A stretch of 64,000 nt of DNA from positions 1,280,001 through 1,344,000 of the forward strand of contig CAVTJJ010000004.1 of the NCBI GenBank assembly GCA_963735035.1. Direction: 5' to 3'. Source of the DNA: an uncultured candidate division Zixibacteria bacterium (lineage in GTDB: Bacteria; Zixibacteria; MSB-5A5; GN15; FEB-12). The notes beneath the pieces are model-generated. The model saw only the letters and a list, made by a program, of their open reading frames with translations. It ran no database searches and was not told the origin of the DNA. Position numbers and translations under genes: made by a program. Numbering within the stretch: the first letter of the stretch is position 1; every line of letters begins with the position of its first letter. Of the stretch, positions 20,035-28,480 are shown one piece after another.

Positions 20035-20547
20035 ATGAAATCTGAATCTCCCCGAACCGAGTGCTACATTGGGTCATTTTGCCGTCCTCTGCAGGAGGCG
20101 TGGCTAGAGGATCGTGGTTTCGGCCACGGTATGATCATGTTCGCTATCCCCAGCCAGGGTATACTCTTCAAATGTCGGGCGGAGGGGAGGCCGATCGATC
20201 TCGAATTCGGAGCGTTTTTCTCTTTGTTGCGCTTCATCAAAACCTCTCTGTCGAAAGAGAAGATCAAAGCGGTAAGGGTACTTTCCTCAAATCCTGAGTT
20301 TGTGTTTGCCATCCTTAACGCGGGCAAGCCATTGAAAGCCAATCCCCAGCGCCTCAAAATTTATCGAAAGTACCTGGCCAGCTTTGATATTGAAGTGGCC
20401 TATGTTCCGTCGCGTCGTAACAAGACCGGCGTTTCCCCGATCGATTATCCCTCGGTTCCCAGGGATGCTACTCCACCGCTGACTTCTCCCAAGCGGGGCC
20501 GGGGCAGAATCAGACTTCGCCCCATCCAAAAGGGCGTTCACCTCTGA
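20035..20547 (+). CDS. Hypothetical protein resembling a degenerate RNase HI (RVT_3-like) fold
   Basis: Spaced motifs LEFGAFFSLLRFI / VRVLSSNPEFV / LASFDIEVAYVPSRRN parallel RNase HI AEYxALIxGL / VxVxxDSQLV / FxxVxxxHVPRxxN. Confidence 0.6.
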   Translation: MKSESPRTECYIGSFCRPLQEAWLEDRGFGHGMIMFAIPSQGILFKCRAEGRPIDLEFGAFFSLLRFIKTSLSKEKIKAVRVLSSNPEFVFAILNAGKPLKANPQRLKIYRKYLASFDIEVAYVPSRRNKTGVSPIDYPSVPRDATPPLTSPKRGRGRIRLRPIQKGVHL

Positions 20548-20719
20548 GTTGCCCGAGTGTCGCCTCATCGGCAAACTTCTTGACAACATCGCTTTCGACG
20601 GTACCTTACAGATGTGGCCACGTACTTAGCCACCGGTCCCACAACTCGTTGCACAGGAATGAAATCGAATTCGTCTTGTGGACAACAAGGGTTTATGGCA
20701 TAAGAAGGACACCGCTACT

Positions 20720-23539
20720 ATGTTACTTCGCACTCCAATCGGCAGGATCCTCACGGGATCTATTGCGTTCGTCTCGATTCTTGTCACTGTCTCGGTCGGG
20801 GCGACCGAACCGATCGGCATGATCACGATCCGAAACGCCCAGGACGCCGCGACCGCACGCGAAGTTGTCGGTACCGCGTTCGGGCGAAGCAGCAACAAGT
20901 TTCTGGTGTCCATCAACGATGACCAGCGCGCCCAGTTGACGGCTGTCGGAATCGAGTTCGAATCGGTCATCGAAGACGCCGATCCGAGCGATGTTTACCA
21001 GATCCTCGACATGAATCGCAGTCCGAGACTAGAGATGGTAGAGATCGACCGTCTCGGCACTGTAAACGATCTTGGTCATGGCCTGCGTATCATGTCGCTT
21101 ACCAGAGCTGAGGCGGCATCCGTATCAAATGATCCCCGATTGAGAGCTATACCCCTTACCGCTCGGTCGATTCGAATCTTCTATCCAGCGACCTCAGTAG
21201 CATCACCGCTGGCGGACGAGTACCCCAGCGATTCTTTGATATCCCGCATTAATCAGGATTCACTGCAGTCATATGTCCAGAGACTGGAGAATTTTCGCAC
21301 CCGGTACACTTTTACCGACTCATGTGAAGCGGCGCGAGATTGGCTGGAACAAAAATTTCGGTCCTGGGGATATACCGATGTTACCAAACCGGGGTACTAC
21401 GACTCCTATCTTAATAGTTGGGTCTATAATGTTCAGTGCGTGAAGCCCGGAGTGACACAACCGGAAGAATATATTGTCATGGGTGGTCACTACGATTCCT
21501 GGACCGACGGTCAACAGTCACCCGGTCCCGGGGCGTATGCGCCGGGAGCCGATGATGACGCTACAGGTGTAGCCCTGATCCTTGAGATGGCGCGGGTGCT
21601 GGCCGATGTCCCTCTCCGCAAGAGCATTGTCTTCATACCTTTTGACGCCGAGGAAGTCGGGTTGGTCGGCTCGGCTTTTGCTGCCAACGGTTTTGCCAGC
21701 AGAGGTGATAATCTCGAAGTCATGTACAACTTCGACATGGTGGCATTTACCGACGATCCGGTGTGGGACTTGAATTATGCGGCGGGCGATATTGCTGTGT
21801 ATCGTAATTTCTCGACCGCTACGGCCGCCCGGGTCAGCAGCCTTATTCCCATCGTCACTTCCATGGGACAGAGCTCAGATCACGCCACTTTCGACGCGGC
21901 CGGTTTCCCAATCGTTGATCACATCGAATCCGATTTCAATACTATCGGTTGGCACACCAATGCAGATATATCGAGTCGTCTCAATTTCCCCTATTTCAAG
22001 GAAGTCGCGAAGGCCGCACTGGCCTCGGTGGCCGTAGTTGCCGATGCCGCATATCCGGCCACTGTGAACCAAATCGCTGATCCGGGCGACGGTCAATCGC
22101 TTCAAGTGTCCTGGTCGAATTGCGACTCCGACTGCGACTACACGGTCTACTGGGGAACTCAACCGGGCGTGTATGTCGATTCCTCGTCTGTGCCCGCAGG
22201 CGACTGCAGCTTCACGATCCCTGCCCTGACTGACGGGGTTGAGTACCATATCTTGGCGGTGGGTACAGCGCCTCAGGGATATCGCGCCTTCTACGGTATA
22301 GAGGGGAGCGGCACCCCTTACCTGTATCCCCGGGTGCCGTTCGGTTTGGCCGGGAGTCCGTCCCCCAACCAGATGCGCCTGTACCTGACCTGGCAGCCTA
22401 ACGCCGAACTGGATTTTTCTCACTATCGAGTATACCGGCGGCCGGGTACGGTAGGAGAATGGCAACTGTATCAGGACGGAGTTACGGGAACAACGTTTTC
22501 AGATGTGAACGTCCTGCCTCATGTGGGGTATGAGTACGCCGTGACAGCGGTGGACATGACGGGGTATGAGTCGCCGAAGTCGTCGACGGTGACGATCTTC
22601 CCGGCCACTTACGACGGCGGTCCGGTGGTTGCGGACGGATTCGTGAAGGATCATGACTATGATCCGGACCAGGCCTGGCAGGAAGCGTGGTTGGATACGA
22701 TCTTTGGCCCGATCGGATTCAGTGTGGCGCCGTCGGATGAGAACGGTGGACCGGTAACGCTTTCGACCATCGGGCAGTACGGGACGTTGGTTTGGATTGA
22801 CGACGACGTAATTTACAAGAACATCAGCCAGAGCAACGCGACTTTGGACGAATACTCGAAACATGGTACGAACATGCTGATATCGGGGTACCGGACCTGG
22901 TTTACCTGGGCGGCCAAGTCGGTGCCAACCAGTCACCTGCTGTATCGTGAATTTGGGCTGACCAGCTATGACTACACGCCGTATTTCGATTTCATCGGGG
23001 CTGTAGGGGAGAATGGGTGGCCGTCGGTCCAAATCGATCGGACCCGGGGTATGCGCGAATGGCGAGACATTGCCAAACTGGCGGGGCGTCCGGGATCACA
23101 GGTGATTCTGCGTTTTGATTCAGAAATGGATCTTCCCGAATGGGAAGGGCAGCCGGTGGGGATTACCTATCAGACCGCAAACGGGAAGCGGGTCCTGTTG
23201 GCGTTTCCGCTATACTATTTAACTCCCGCCTCGGCGACGGCTCTGATGGCCAAGGTGTTTGAGTATTTTGCCGTCACGAACCAGTTTGACAAGGGCGATC
23301 TGAATCATTCCGGGACGGTGGATATCGGAGACGTTTCGATATTGATCGATCATCTGTTCATCAGTCTGGACCCGTTGGCATACCCCGAAGACGCTGATAT
23401 GGACGGGGTCCACGGAGTGAGCATCGGCGACGTAATGTACCTGATCAGCTACCTCTTCCTGGGCGGCCCGGCGCCCGTGCCGACGGGAGGAACTGGTACA
23501 GGAGGGCTTCCCTTGCCGGGGGGCGACGGCGTACACTAG
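20720..23539 (+). CDS. Secreted M28 zinc aminopeptidase with FN3 domains and C-terminal dockerin-like domain (paralogue 1)
   Basis: Signal peptide; GHYDS, GADDDATG, AEE, NFDM, SDH, WHT M28 motifs; two FN3-like domains; GDLNHSGTVDIGD...ADMDGVHGVSIGD duplicated EF-hand-like loops; AAGGA RBS before ATG 20720. Confidence 0.9.
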   Translation: MLLRTPIGRILTGSIAFVSILVTVSVGATEPIGMITIRNAQDAATAREVVGTAFGRSSNKFLVSINDDQRAQLTAVGIEFESVIEDADPSDVYQILDMNRSPRLEMVEIDRLGTVNDLGHGLRIMSLTRAEAASVSNDPRLRAIPLTARSIRIFYPATSVASPLADEYPSDSLISRINQDSLQSYVQRLENFRTRYTFTDSCEAARDWLEQKFRSWGYTDVTKPGYYDSYLNSWVYNVQCVKPGVTQPEEYIVMGGHYDSWTDGQQSPGPGAYAPGADDDATGVALILEMARVLADVPLRKSIVFIPFDAEEVGLVGSAFAANGFASRGDNLEVMYNFDMVAFTDDPVWDLNYAAGDIAVYRNFSTATAARVSSLIPIVTSMGQSSDHATFDAAGFPIVDHIESDFNTIGWHTNADISSRLNFPYFKEVAKAALASVAVVADAAYPATVNQIADPGDGQSLQVSWSNCDSDCDYTVYWGTQPGVYVDSSSVPAGDCSFTIPALTDGVEYHILAVGTAPQGYRAFYGIEGSGTPYLYPRVPFGLAGSPSPNQMRLYLTWQPNAELDFSHYRVYRRPGTVGEWQLYQDGVTGTTFSDVNVLPHVGYEYAVTAVDMTGYESPKSSTVTIFPATYDGGPVVADGFVKDHDYDPDQAWQEAWLDTIFGPIGFSVAPSDENGGPVTLSTIGQYGTLVWIDDDVIYKNISQSNATLDEYSKHGTNMLISGYRTWFTWAAKSVPTSHLLYREFGLTSYDYTPYFDFIGAVGENGWPSVQIDRTRGMREWRDIAKLAGRPGSQVILRFDSEMDLPEWEGQPVGITYQTANGKRVLLAFPLYYLTPASATALMAKVFEYFAVTNQFDKGDLNHSGTVDIGDVSILIDHLFISLDPLAYPEDADMDGVHGVSIGDVMYLISYLFLGGPAPVPTGGTGTGGLPLPGGDGVH
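22352..23485 (+). repeat. Direct repeat copy 1 (about 1.13 kb; identical over 22793-23485)
   Basis: Matches 25257-26390 at a constant offset of 2905 bp. Confidence 0.95.
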
Positions 23540-23633
23540 ACGCCAAGATGTACATAGTGTAAGTTACTATCTCTTCGACGGCGTTCCCGCAGGACACCGT
23601 GCGGAGAACGAATAGCAGAGGAAAGGGGTTGCT

Positions 23634-26396
23634 GTGAAATCTCAGCGGCGTTTCCTTTCAACGGCCGTGTTGGTCGGCCTAATAGCCGTACTTACGCTGG
23701 CCACGAGGGGACGGGGGGATGATCTGGTGCGGATCGTCATTAATAACCCGACTGAGGGACAAATCGTAAATGCAATCGCTGGAAATGCCGTCGCGCGTGA
23801 TAAGAATGCTTTTTTGTTAGTCTTGGACGAAGCGGGGCGGCAATCCATATCTAATGCCGGAGTAGCGCTCCAGACCCTCATGGAAGATGTTGATCTTTCT
23901 GAGTTGTACTACATTCCAGACCGTGGTCGGTCAATTGTTCAGCAGTCGCTCGATTGGGGAAAGGTGGGCCGAAGTGCGACCGTGGGGGAAAGCCGACTGA
24001 TCTTGCAAATGAGTCGTGCAATGGCAGCTTCACTGGCTGAAGGTTACCGTGTCGGGGCCGTGCCGTTGTGTCAACGCGCCGTACCCGTCAGGTACGTACC
24101 GCTCTCAAGCGGAAGGAGTCAGCCCGAGGATTTTGCACACGATACCCTGGCTACACTGGTCAATCAGGACTCCATCTACTCCTACAATAAGCGTCTTGAA
24201 GAATTCGCCACCCGATACGTATTCACTGACTCCGTTGATCGTGCTCGCGACTGGATCGAGGAAAAATTCCTGTCTTTCGGCTACGCGGACGTGACTGTCC
24301 AACCTTTCTTTCATAGCAGTTGGGCCGGCACGGGATACGGTTACAACGTCATTACCGTTAAGTCGGGAAACGTCGAGCCGGACAAGGTCGTTCTTATTGG
24401 TGCCCATTATGACTCATATAGCACGATCGATCCTTTTAACTTCGCGCCGGGAGCAGACGACGACGCTTCGGGAGTAGCGTTGATGCTCGAGTTGGCTCGC
24501 ATCCTTGCCGATCAACCCCTGCGCAAGACGGTAATGTTCGTGGCCTTTTCTGCGGAAGAACAGTGGATGTACGGGTCGGGGTATCTGGCTAATCAAATGC
24601 ACGCCGCCGGCACAGAATTAGAAGCTATGTTCAACTACGATATGGTCGCCTACACCGCCGACAATTACTGGGACCTCGAAGTACATTCCGAATATCAGGA
24701 TGTCTATCGAGCGGTAACCGCTGCTGCGGCAGGGCGTGTTACTCTGCTACATCCGGCCGAGCCAGGCTTGTCTCGTCCCGGAGACAATTATCCATTCGAG
24801 GACCTGGGTTACCCGACAATTCGCATAGAAGAATCAGATTTCAATACTCCTAACTATCACCTTGAAACCGACCTTTGCTCAGAGCTCAATTTCCCTTATC
24901 TGACCGAAGTCGCGAAAATGGCAATAGTAGCTCTCGCTTCGGTAGCCGATGCTCCGTATCCGATCATGAATGTCAGCCTGGCAGATGTCGGGGACGGCCA
25001 GTCACTGCAGGTTTCCTGGCCCAACTGTGCCACCGATTGCAGTCACTGGATTTGCTGGGGCGGCGGTTCCGGCCAATATACCGACTCGACGTTGGTTCCT
25101 CCTGGACAATGCACCTACACGGTGACCGGGCTCATCCCTGAACAGGTCTGTTATGTAGCAGTCTACGGTTTGTCTCCACAACTGCAGAGGGCAATGTACG
25201 CGGTAGAGCGAAGCGGAACGTCAATGCTCTATCCCCGGATACCTTCAGGTTTGGGGGGGAGTCCGTCCCCCAACCAGATGCGCCTCGACCTGGCCTGGCA
25301 GCCTAACGCCGAACTGGATTTTTCTCACTATCGATTGTACCGGCGACCGGGTACGGTAGGAGAATGGCAACTGTATCAGGACGGAGTTACGGGAACGACA
25401 TTTTCAGATGTGAACGTCCTGCCTCATGTGGGGTATGAGTACGCCGTTACAGCGGTGGATATGACAGGGTATGAGTCGCCGAAGTCTTCGACGGTGGTGG
25501 TCTATCCGGCCACTTACGATGGTGGTCCGGTGGTAGCGGACGGATTCGTTAAGGATCATGACTATGATCCGGACCAGGCCTGGCAGGAAGCGTGGTTGGA
25601 TACGATCTTTGGCCCGTTCGGATTTAGCGTGGCGCCATCGGATGAGAATGGCGGGCCGGTTACTCTTTCGACCATCGGTCAGTATGGGACGTTGCTGTGG
25701 ATTGACGACGACGTAATTTACAAGAACATCAGCCAGAGCAACGCGACTTTGGACGAATACTCGAAACATGGTACGAACATGCTGATATCGGGGTACCGGA
25801 CCTGGTTTACCTGGGCGGCCAAGTCGGTGCCAACCAGTCACCTGCTGTATCGTGAATTTGGGCTGACCAGCTATGACTACACGCCGTATTTCGATTTCAT
25901 CGGGGCTGTAGGGGAGAATGGGTGGCCGTCGGTCCAAATCGATCGGACCCGGGGTATGCGCGAATGGCGAGACATTGCCAAACTGGCGGGGCGTCCGGGA
26001 TCACAGGTGATTCTGCGTTTTGATTCAGAAATGGATCTTCCCGAATGGGAAGGGCAGCCGGTGGGGATTACCTATCAGACCGCAAACGGGAAGCGGGTCC
26101 TGTTGGCGTTTCCGCTATACTATTTAACTCCCGCCTCGGCGACGGCTCTGATGGCCAAGGTGTTTGAGTATTTTGCCGTCACGAACCAGTTTGACAAGGG
26201 CGATCTGAATCATTCCGGGACGGTGGATATCGGAGACGTTTCGATATTGATCGATCATCTGTTCATCAGTCTGGACCCGTTGGCATACCCCGAAGACGCT
26301 GATATGGACGGGGTCCACGGAGTGAGCATCGGCGACGTAATGTACCTGATCAGCTACCTCTTCCTGGGCGGCCCGGCGCCCGTGCCGACGCCGTAG
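23634..26396 (+). CDS. Secreted M28 zinc aminopeptidase with FN3 domains and C-terminal dockerin-like domain (paralogue 2)
   Basis: GTG start; GAHYDS, GADDDASG, AEE, NYDM, YH motifs; C-terminal ~380 aa nearly identical to paralogue 1. Confidence 0.9.
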   Translation: MKSQRRFLSTAVLVGLIAVLTLATRGRGDDLVRIVINNPTEGQIVNAIAGNAVARDKNAFLLVLDEAGRQSISNAGVALQTLMEDVDLSELYYIPDRGRSIVQQSLDWGKVGRSATVGESRLILQMSRAMAASLAEGYRVGAVPLCQRAVPVRYVPLSSGRSQPEDFAHDTLATLVNQDSIYSYNKRLEEFATRYVFTDSVDRARDWIEEKFLSFGYADVTVQPFFHSSWAGTGYGYNVITVKSGNVEPDKVVLIGAHYDSYSTIDPFNFAPGADDDASGVALMLELARILADQPLRKTVMFVAFSAEEQWMYGSGYLANQMHAAGTELEAMFNYDMVAYTADNYWDLEVHSEYQDVYRAVTAAAAGRVTLLHPAEPGLSRPGDNYPFEDLGYPTIRIEESDFNTPNYHLETDLCSELNFPYLTEVAKMAIVALASVADAPYPIMNVSLADVGDGQSLQVSWPNCATDCSHWICWGGGSGQYTDSTLVPPGQCTYTVTGLIPEQVCYVAVYGLSPQLQRAMYAVERSGTSMLYPRIPSGLGGSPSPNQMRLDLAWQPNAELDFSHYRLYRRPGTVGEWQLYQDGVTGTTFSDVNVLPHVGYEYAVTAVDMTGYESPKSSTVVVYPATYDGGPVVADGFVKDHDYDPDQAWQEAWLDTIFGPFGFSVAPSDENGGPVTLSTIGQYGTLLWIDDDVIYKNISQSNATLDEYSKHGTNMLISGYRTWFTWAAKSVPTSHLLYREFGLTSYDYTPYFDFIGAVGENGWPSVQIDRTRGMREWRDIAKLAGRPGSQVILRFDSEMDLPEWEGQPVGITYQTANGKRVLLAFPLYYLTPASATALMAKVFEYFAVTNQFDKGDLNHSGTVDIGDVSILIDHLFISLDPLAYPEDADMDGVHGVSIGDVMYLISYLFLGGPAPVPTP
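25257..26390 (+). repeat. Direct repeat copy 2
   Basis: Matches 22352-23485; 25698-26390 reads identical to 22793-23485. Confidence 0.95.
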
Positions 26397-26520
26397 ATAT
26401 TATTCTCGGTGGGGTCACCCCGCCGATGGCCCTCAAAAACTTGTTGAATCAACCCGGGGGAGAGAGCTACGTTCGGTTATGCCTGCTCCCAATAGACAAA
26501 GGTTCGGGTCTGGAAAACAG

Positions 26521-26548
26521 AAACCCGCGCCAAGGGAGGCGCGGGTTT
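26521..26548. terminator. Bidirectional terminator between the convergent peptidase gene and rpsT
   Basis: AAACCCGCGCC-AAGGGA-GGCGCGGGTTT. Confidence 0.8.
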
Positions 26549-26577
26549 GGTATTTTATGCTGTCAGAGAATGTCAGA

Positions 26578-26832
26578 CTAAGCGAGTTTGGAGACGAACT
26601 GCGTGAGCCGCGATTTGTTTCGGGCTGCGGTGCGCTTGTGAATCAAGCCGCTGCCAGCCGCTTTATCGATGATCGAAGTGGTCTCCTGGAGAATCTTGGC
26701 CGCCGCTTCGCGATTAGTCGCAGTGCGGACGTCTTTAATGGCCTGACGCAGACGGGAACGGAAAGCCCGATTCCTCTCGCGCTCTTCTCCGGCGATTCTC
26801 ATGCGCTTGACGCAGGATTTATGATTCGGCAA
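26578..26832 (-). CDS. rpsT: 30S ribosomal protein S20
   Basis: MPNHKSCVKRMR...RNR...IDKAAGSGLIHKRTAARNKSRL; TTG start with AAAGGA RBS. Confidence 0.96.
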   Translation of the reverse strand: MPNHKSCVKRMRIAGEERERNRAFRSRLRQAIKDVRTATNREAAAKILQETTSIIDKAAGSGLIHKRTAARNKSRLTQFVSKLA

Positions 26833-26893
26833 AGGTCTTCCTTTCGTTATTTCACCGATAACTTAGCTCGGAAATATAGCCGACGGAGCTGTT

Positions 26894-28462
26894 TTGTCAA
26901 CCGATAAGATCAAGAAAAGCTCCAATGTGGCTTCGGTCGGTAAAGTCTCGGCCGCAACGGCCGTTTCCCGCGTTCTGGGGCTGGTTCGCGAGCAGGTCCA
27001 GGCCTATCTGTTTGGCGCCTCGATGGCTACCGATGCCTTTGTGGCCGCTTTCCGGATTCCCAACCTGCTGCGTGACCTGTTTGCCGAAGGGGCTCTTTCG
27101 GCCGCTTTTGTCCCGGTTTTCAAGGAACAGCTGGTCAACGACACGGAACAGAGCGCCTTCGATCTGGCCTGCACGGTCGCAACCGCCATAATGGTAGTCG
27201 TGGGCGGAGTGGTACTCCTCGGGATTGTAGCGACCCCGGTCCTTATCTTTGTCTCGGCCAACGGGTTTACCGACGAACCGGAGAAGTTTACTCTTACCGT
27301 CGAAATGACCCGGATCATGTGGGTCTTTCTCTTGCTGGTGTCGCTGTCCGCCCTGTTTATGGGCATGCTGAATTCGTTTGGAAGGTTCGGAATTCCCGCT
27401 CTTTCGCCGGCGTTATTTAATCTCGGCATTATTGGCTGCGCGGTTCTGATGTATCGCTGGCTGGACATACCGGTTTACGCGATGGCAATCGGGGTGGTCG
27501 TCGGGGGGCTGGGTCAGTTGCTGATCCTGGTGCCTCAATTACGACGAACCGGTTTTCGGTTTCGATGGCGATTCAATTTCCTGGATCAGAACTTCCGCAA
27601 AGTCATGCGATTGTTCTTACCCATGGTGGTCGGGCTGTCGGCCAGCCGGGTCAACATCCTGGTGAGTACTCTGCTTGCCTCGTATCTGGCCGAGGGATCG
27701 ATTTCTTATTTGAATTATTCGTTCCGCCTGATGCATTTTCCGCTGGGAGTATTCGGAGTGGCGCTCGGAACTGTCTACTTGCCAAATGCTTCCGAACTGG
27801 CAGCCCGGAGGGAAATGGATCGCCTTACCGCGGCCTTTCACGAGTCAATAAATCTAAACATGTTTCTTGTGGTGCCATCGGCCGCGTTTCTGGCAATCAT
27901 GGGCCACGAGTTGGTTGATGTCGTCTATCGCTGGGGCAGATTCTCCGAAGCTGATTCCGCCAATACGGCAATCGCCCTTTTTCACTATTCGTATGGCCTG
28001 ATAGGTTTTGCCGCGGTACGCGTAACGGTGCCAATCTACTATGCGCTAAAGGACTCATCGCTCCCGATGCGCTTTTCAGTAATCTCGGTAATCGTAAACA
28101 TCGCGCTATATTATCCGCTTATGAAGATGTTCAGCTTCGCCGGACTGGCGGCTGCGACTTCGATTGCAGGTCTGGTAAATTTCGGTTTGCTTCTGGGATT
28201 TCTTCCGCGCAAGGAAGTGAAGCCGGCTTATGGGCGGCTCTTGCTCGTCTTCCTTCGCGTCACGTTGGCCAGTGTGGTCGCGTTCTGGCTGGCGTCAATG
28301 TTGCCAATCCCGTCACCCGACAGCTGGTCCGAAAAGATTCAGCGTATCTGGGAATTTGGCATACGCACGTGCGTCGGAGCAGCGCTCTATTTGGGTCTCT
28401 GCGCGGTGCTCCGAGTCCAGGAGCTGCAATTGGTGCTCAACAAGGTAATTCGTCGCAAGTGA
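26894..28462 (+). CDS. murJ: Lipid II flippase MurJ (MviN)
   Basis: SRVLGLVRE, DAFVAAFRIPNLLRDLFAEGALSAAFVP, RLMHFPLGVFG; divergent from rpsT as in many bacteria. Confidence 0.96.
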   Translation: MSTDKIKKSSNVASVGKVSAATAVSRVLGLVREQVQAYLFGASMATDAFVAAFRIPNLLRDLFAEGALSAAFVPVFKEQLVNDTEQSAFDLACTVATAIMVVVGGVVLLGIVATPVLIFVSANGFTDEPEKFTLTVEMTRIMWVFLLLVSLSALFMGMLNSFGRFGIPALSPALFNLGIIGCAVLMYRWLDIPVYAMAIGVVVGGLGQLLILVPQLRRTGFRFRWRFNFLDQNFRKVMRLFLPMVVGLSASRVNILVSTLLASYLAEGSISYLNYSFRLMHFPLGVFGVALGTVYLPNASELAARREMDRLTAAFHESINLNMFLVVPSAAFLAIMGHELVDVVYRWGRFSEADSANTAIALFHYSYGLIGFAAVRVTVPIYYALKDSSLPMRFSVISVIVNIALYYPLMKMFSFAGLAAATSIAGLVNFGLLLGFLPRKEVKPAYGRLLLVFLRVTLASVVAFWLASMLPIPSPDSWSEKIQRIWEFGIRTCVGAALYLGLCAVLRVQELQLVLNKVIRRK

Positions 28463-28480
28463 GGTAATTACGGGGAGGGT

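Noticed and set aside
22352..26390. Diversity-generating retroelement template/variable repeat pair
   Set aside because: Both copies are coding and over 1 kb long, the mismatches are mostly synonymous and not adenine-specific, and no reverse transcriptase is present in the window
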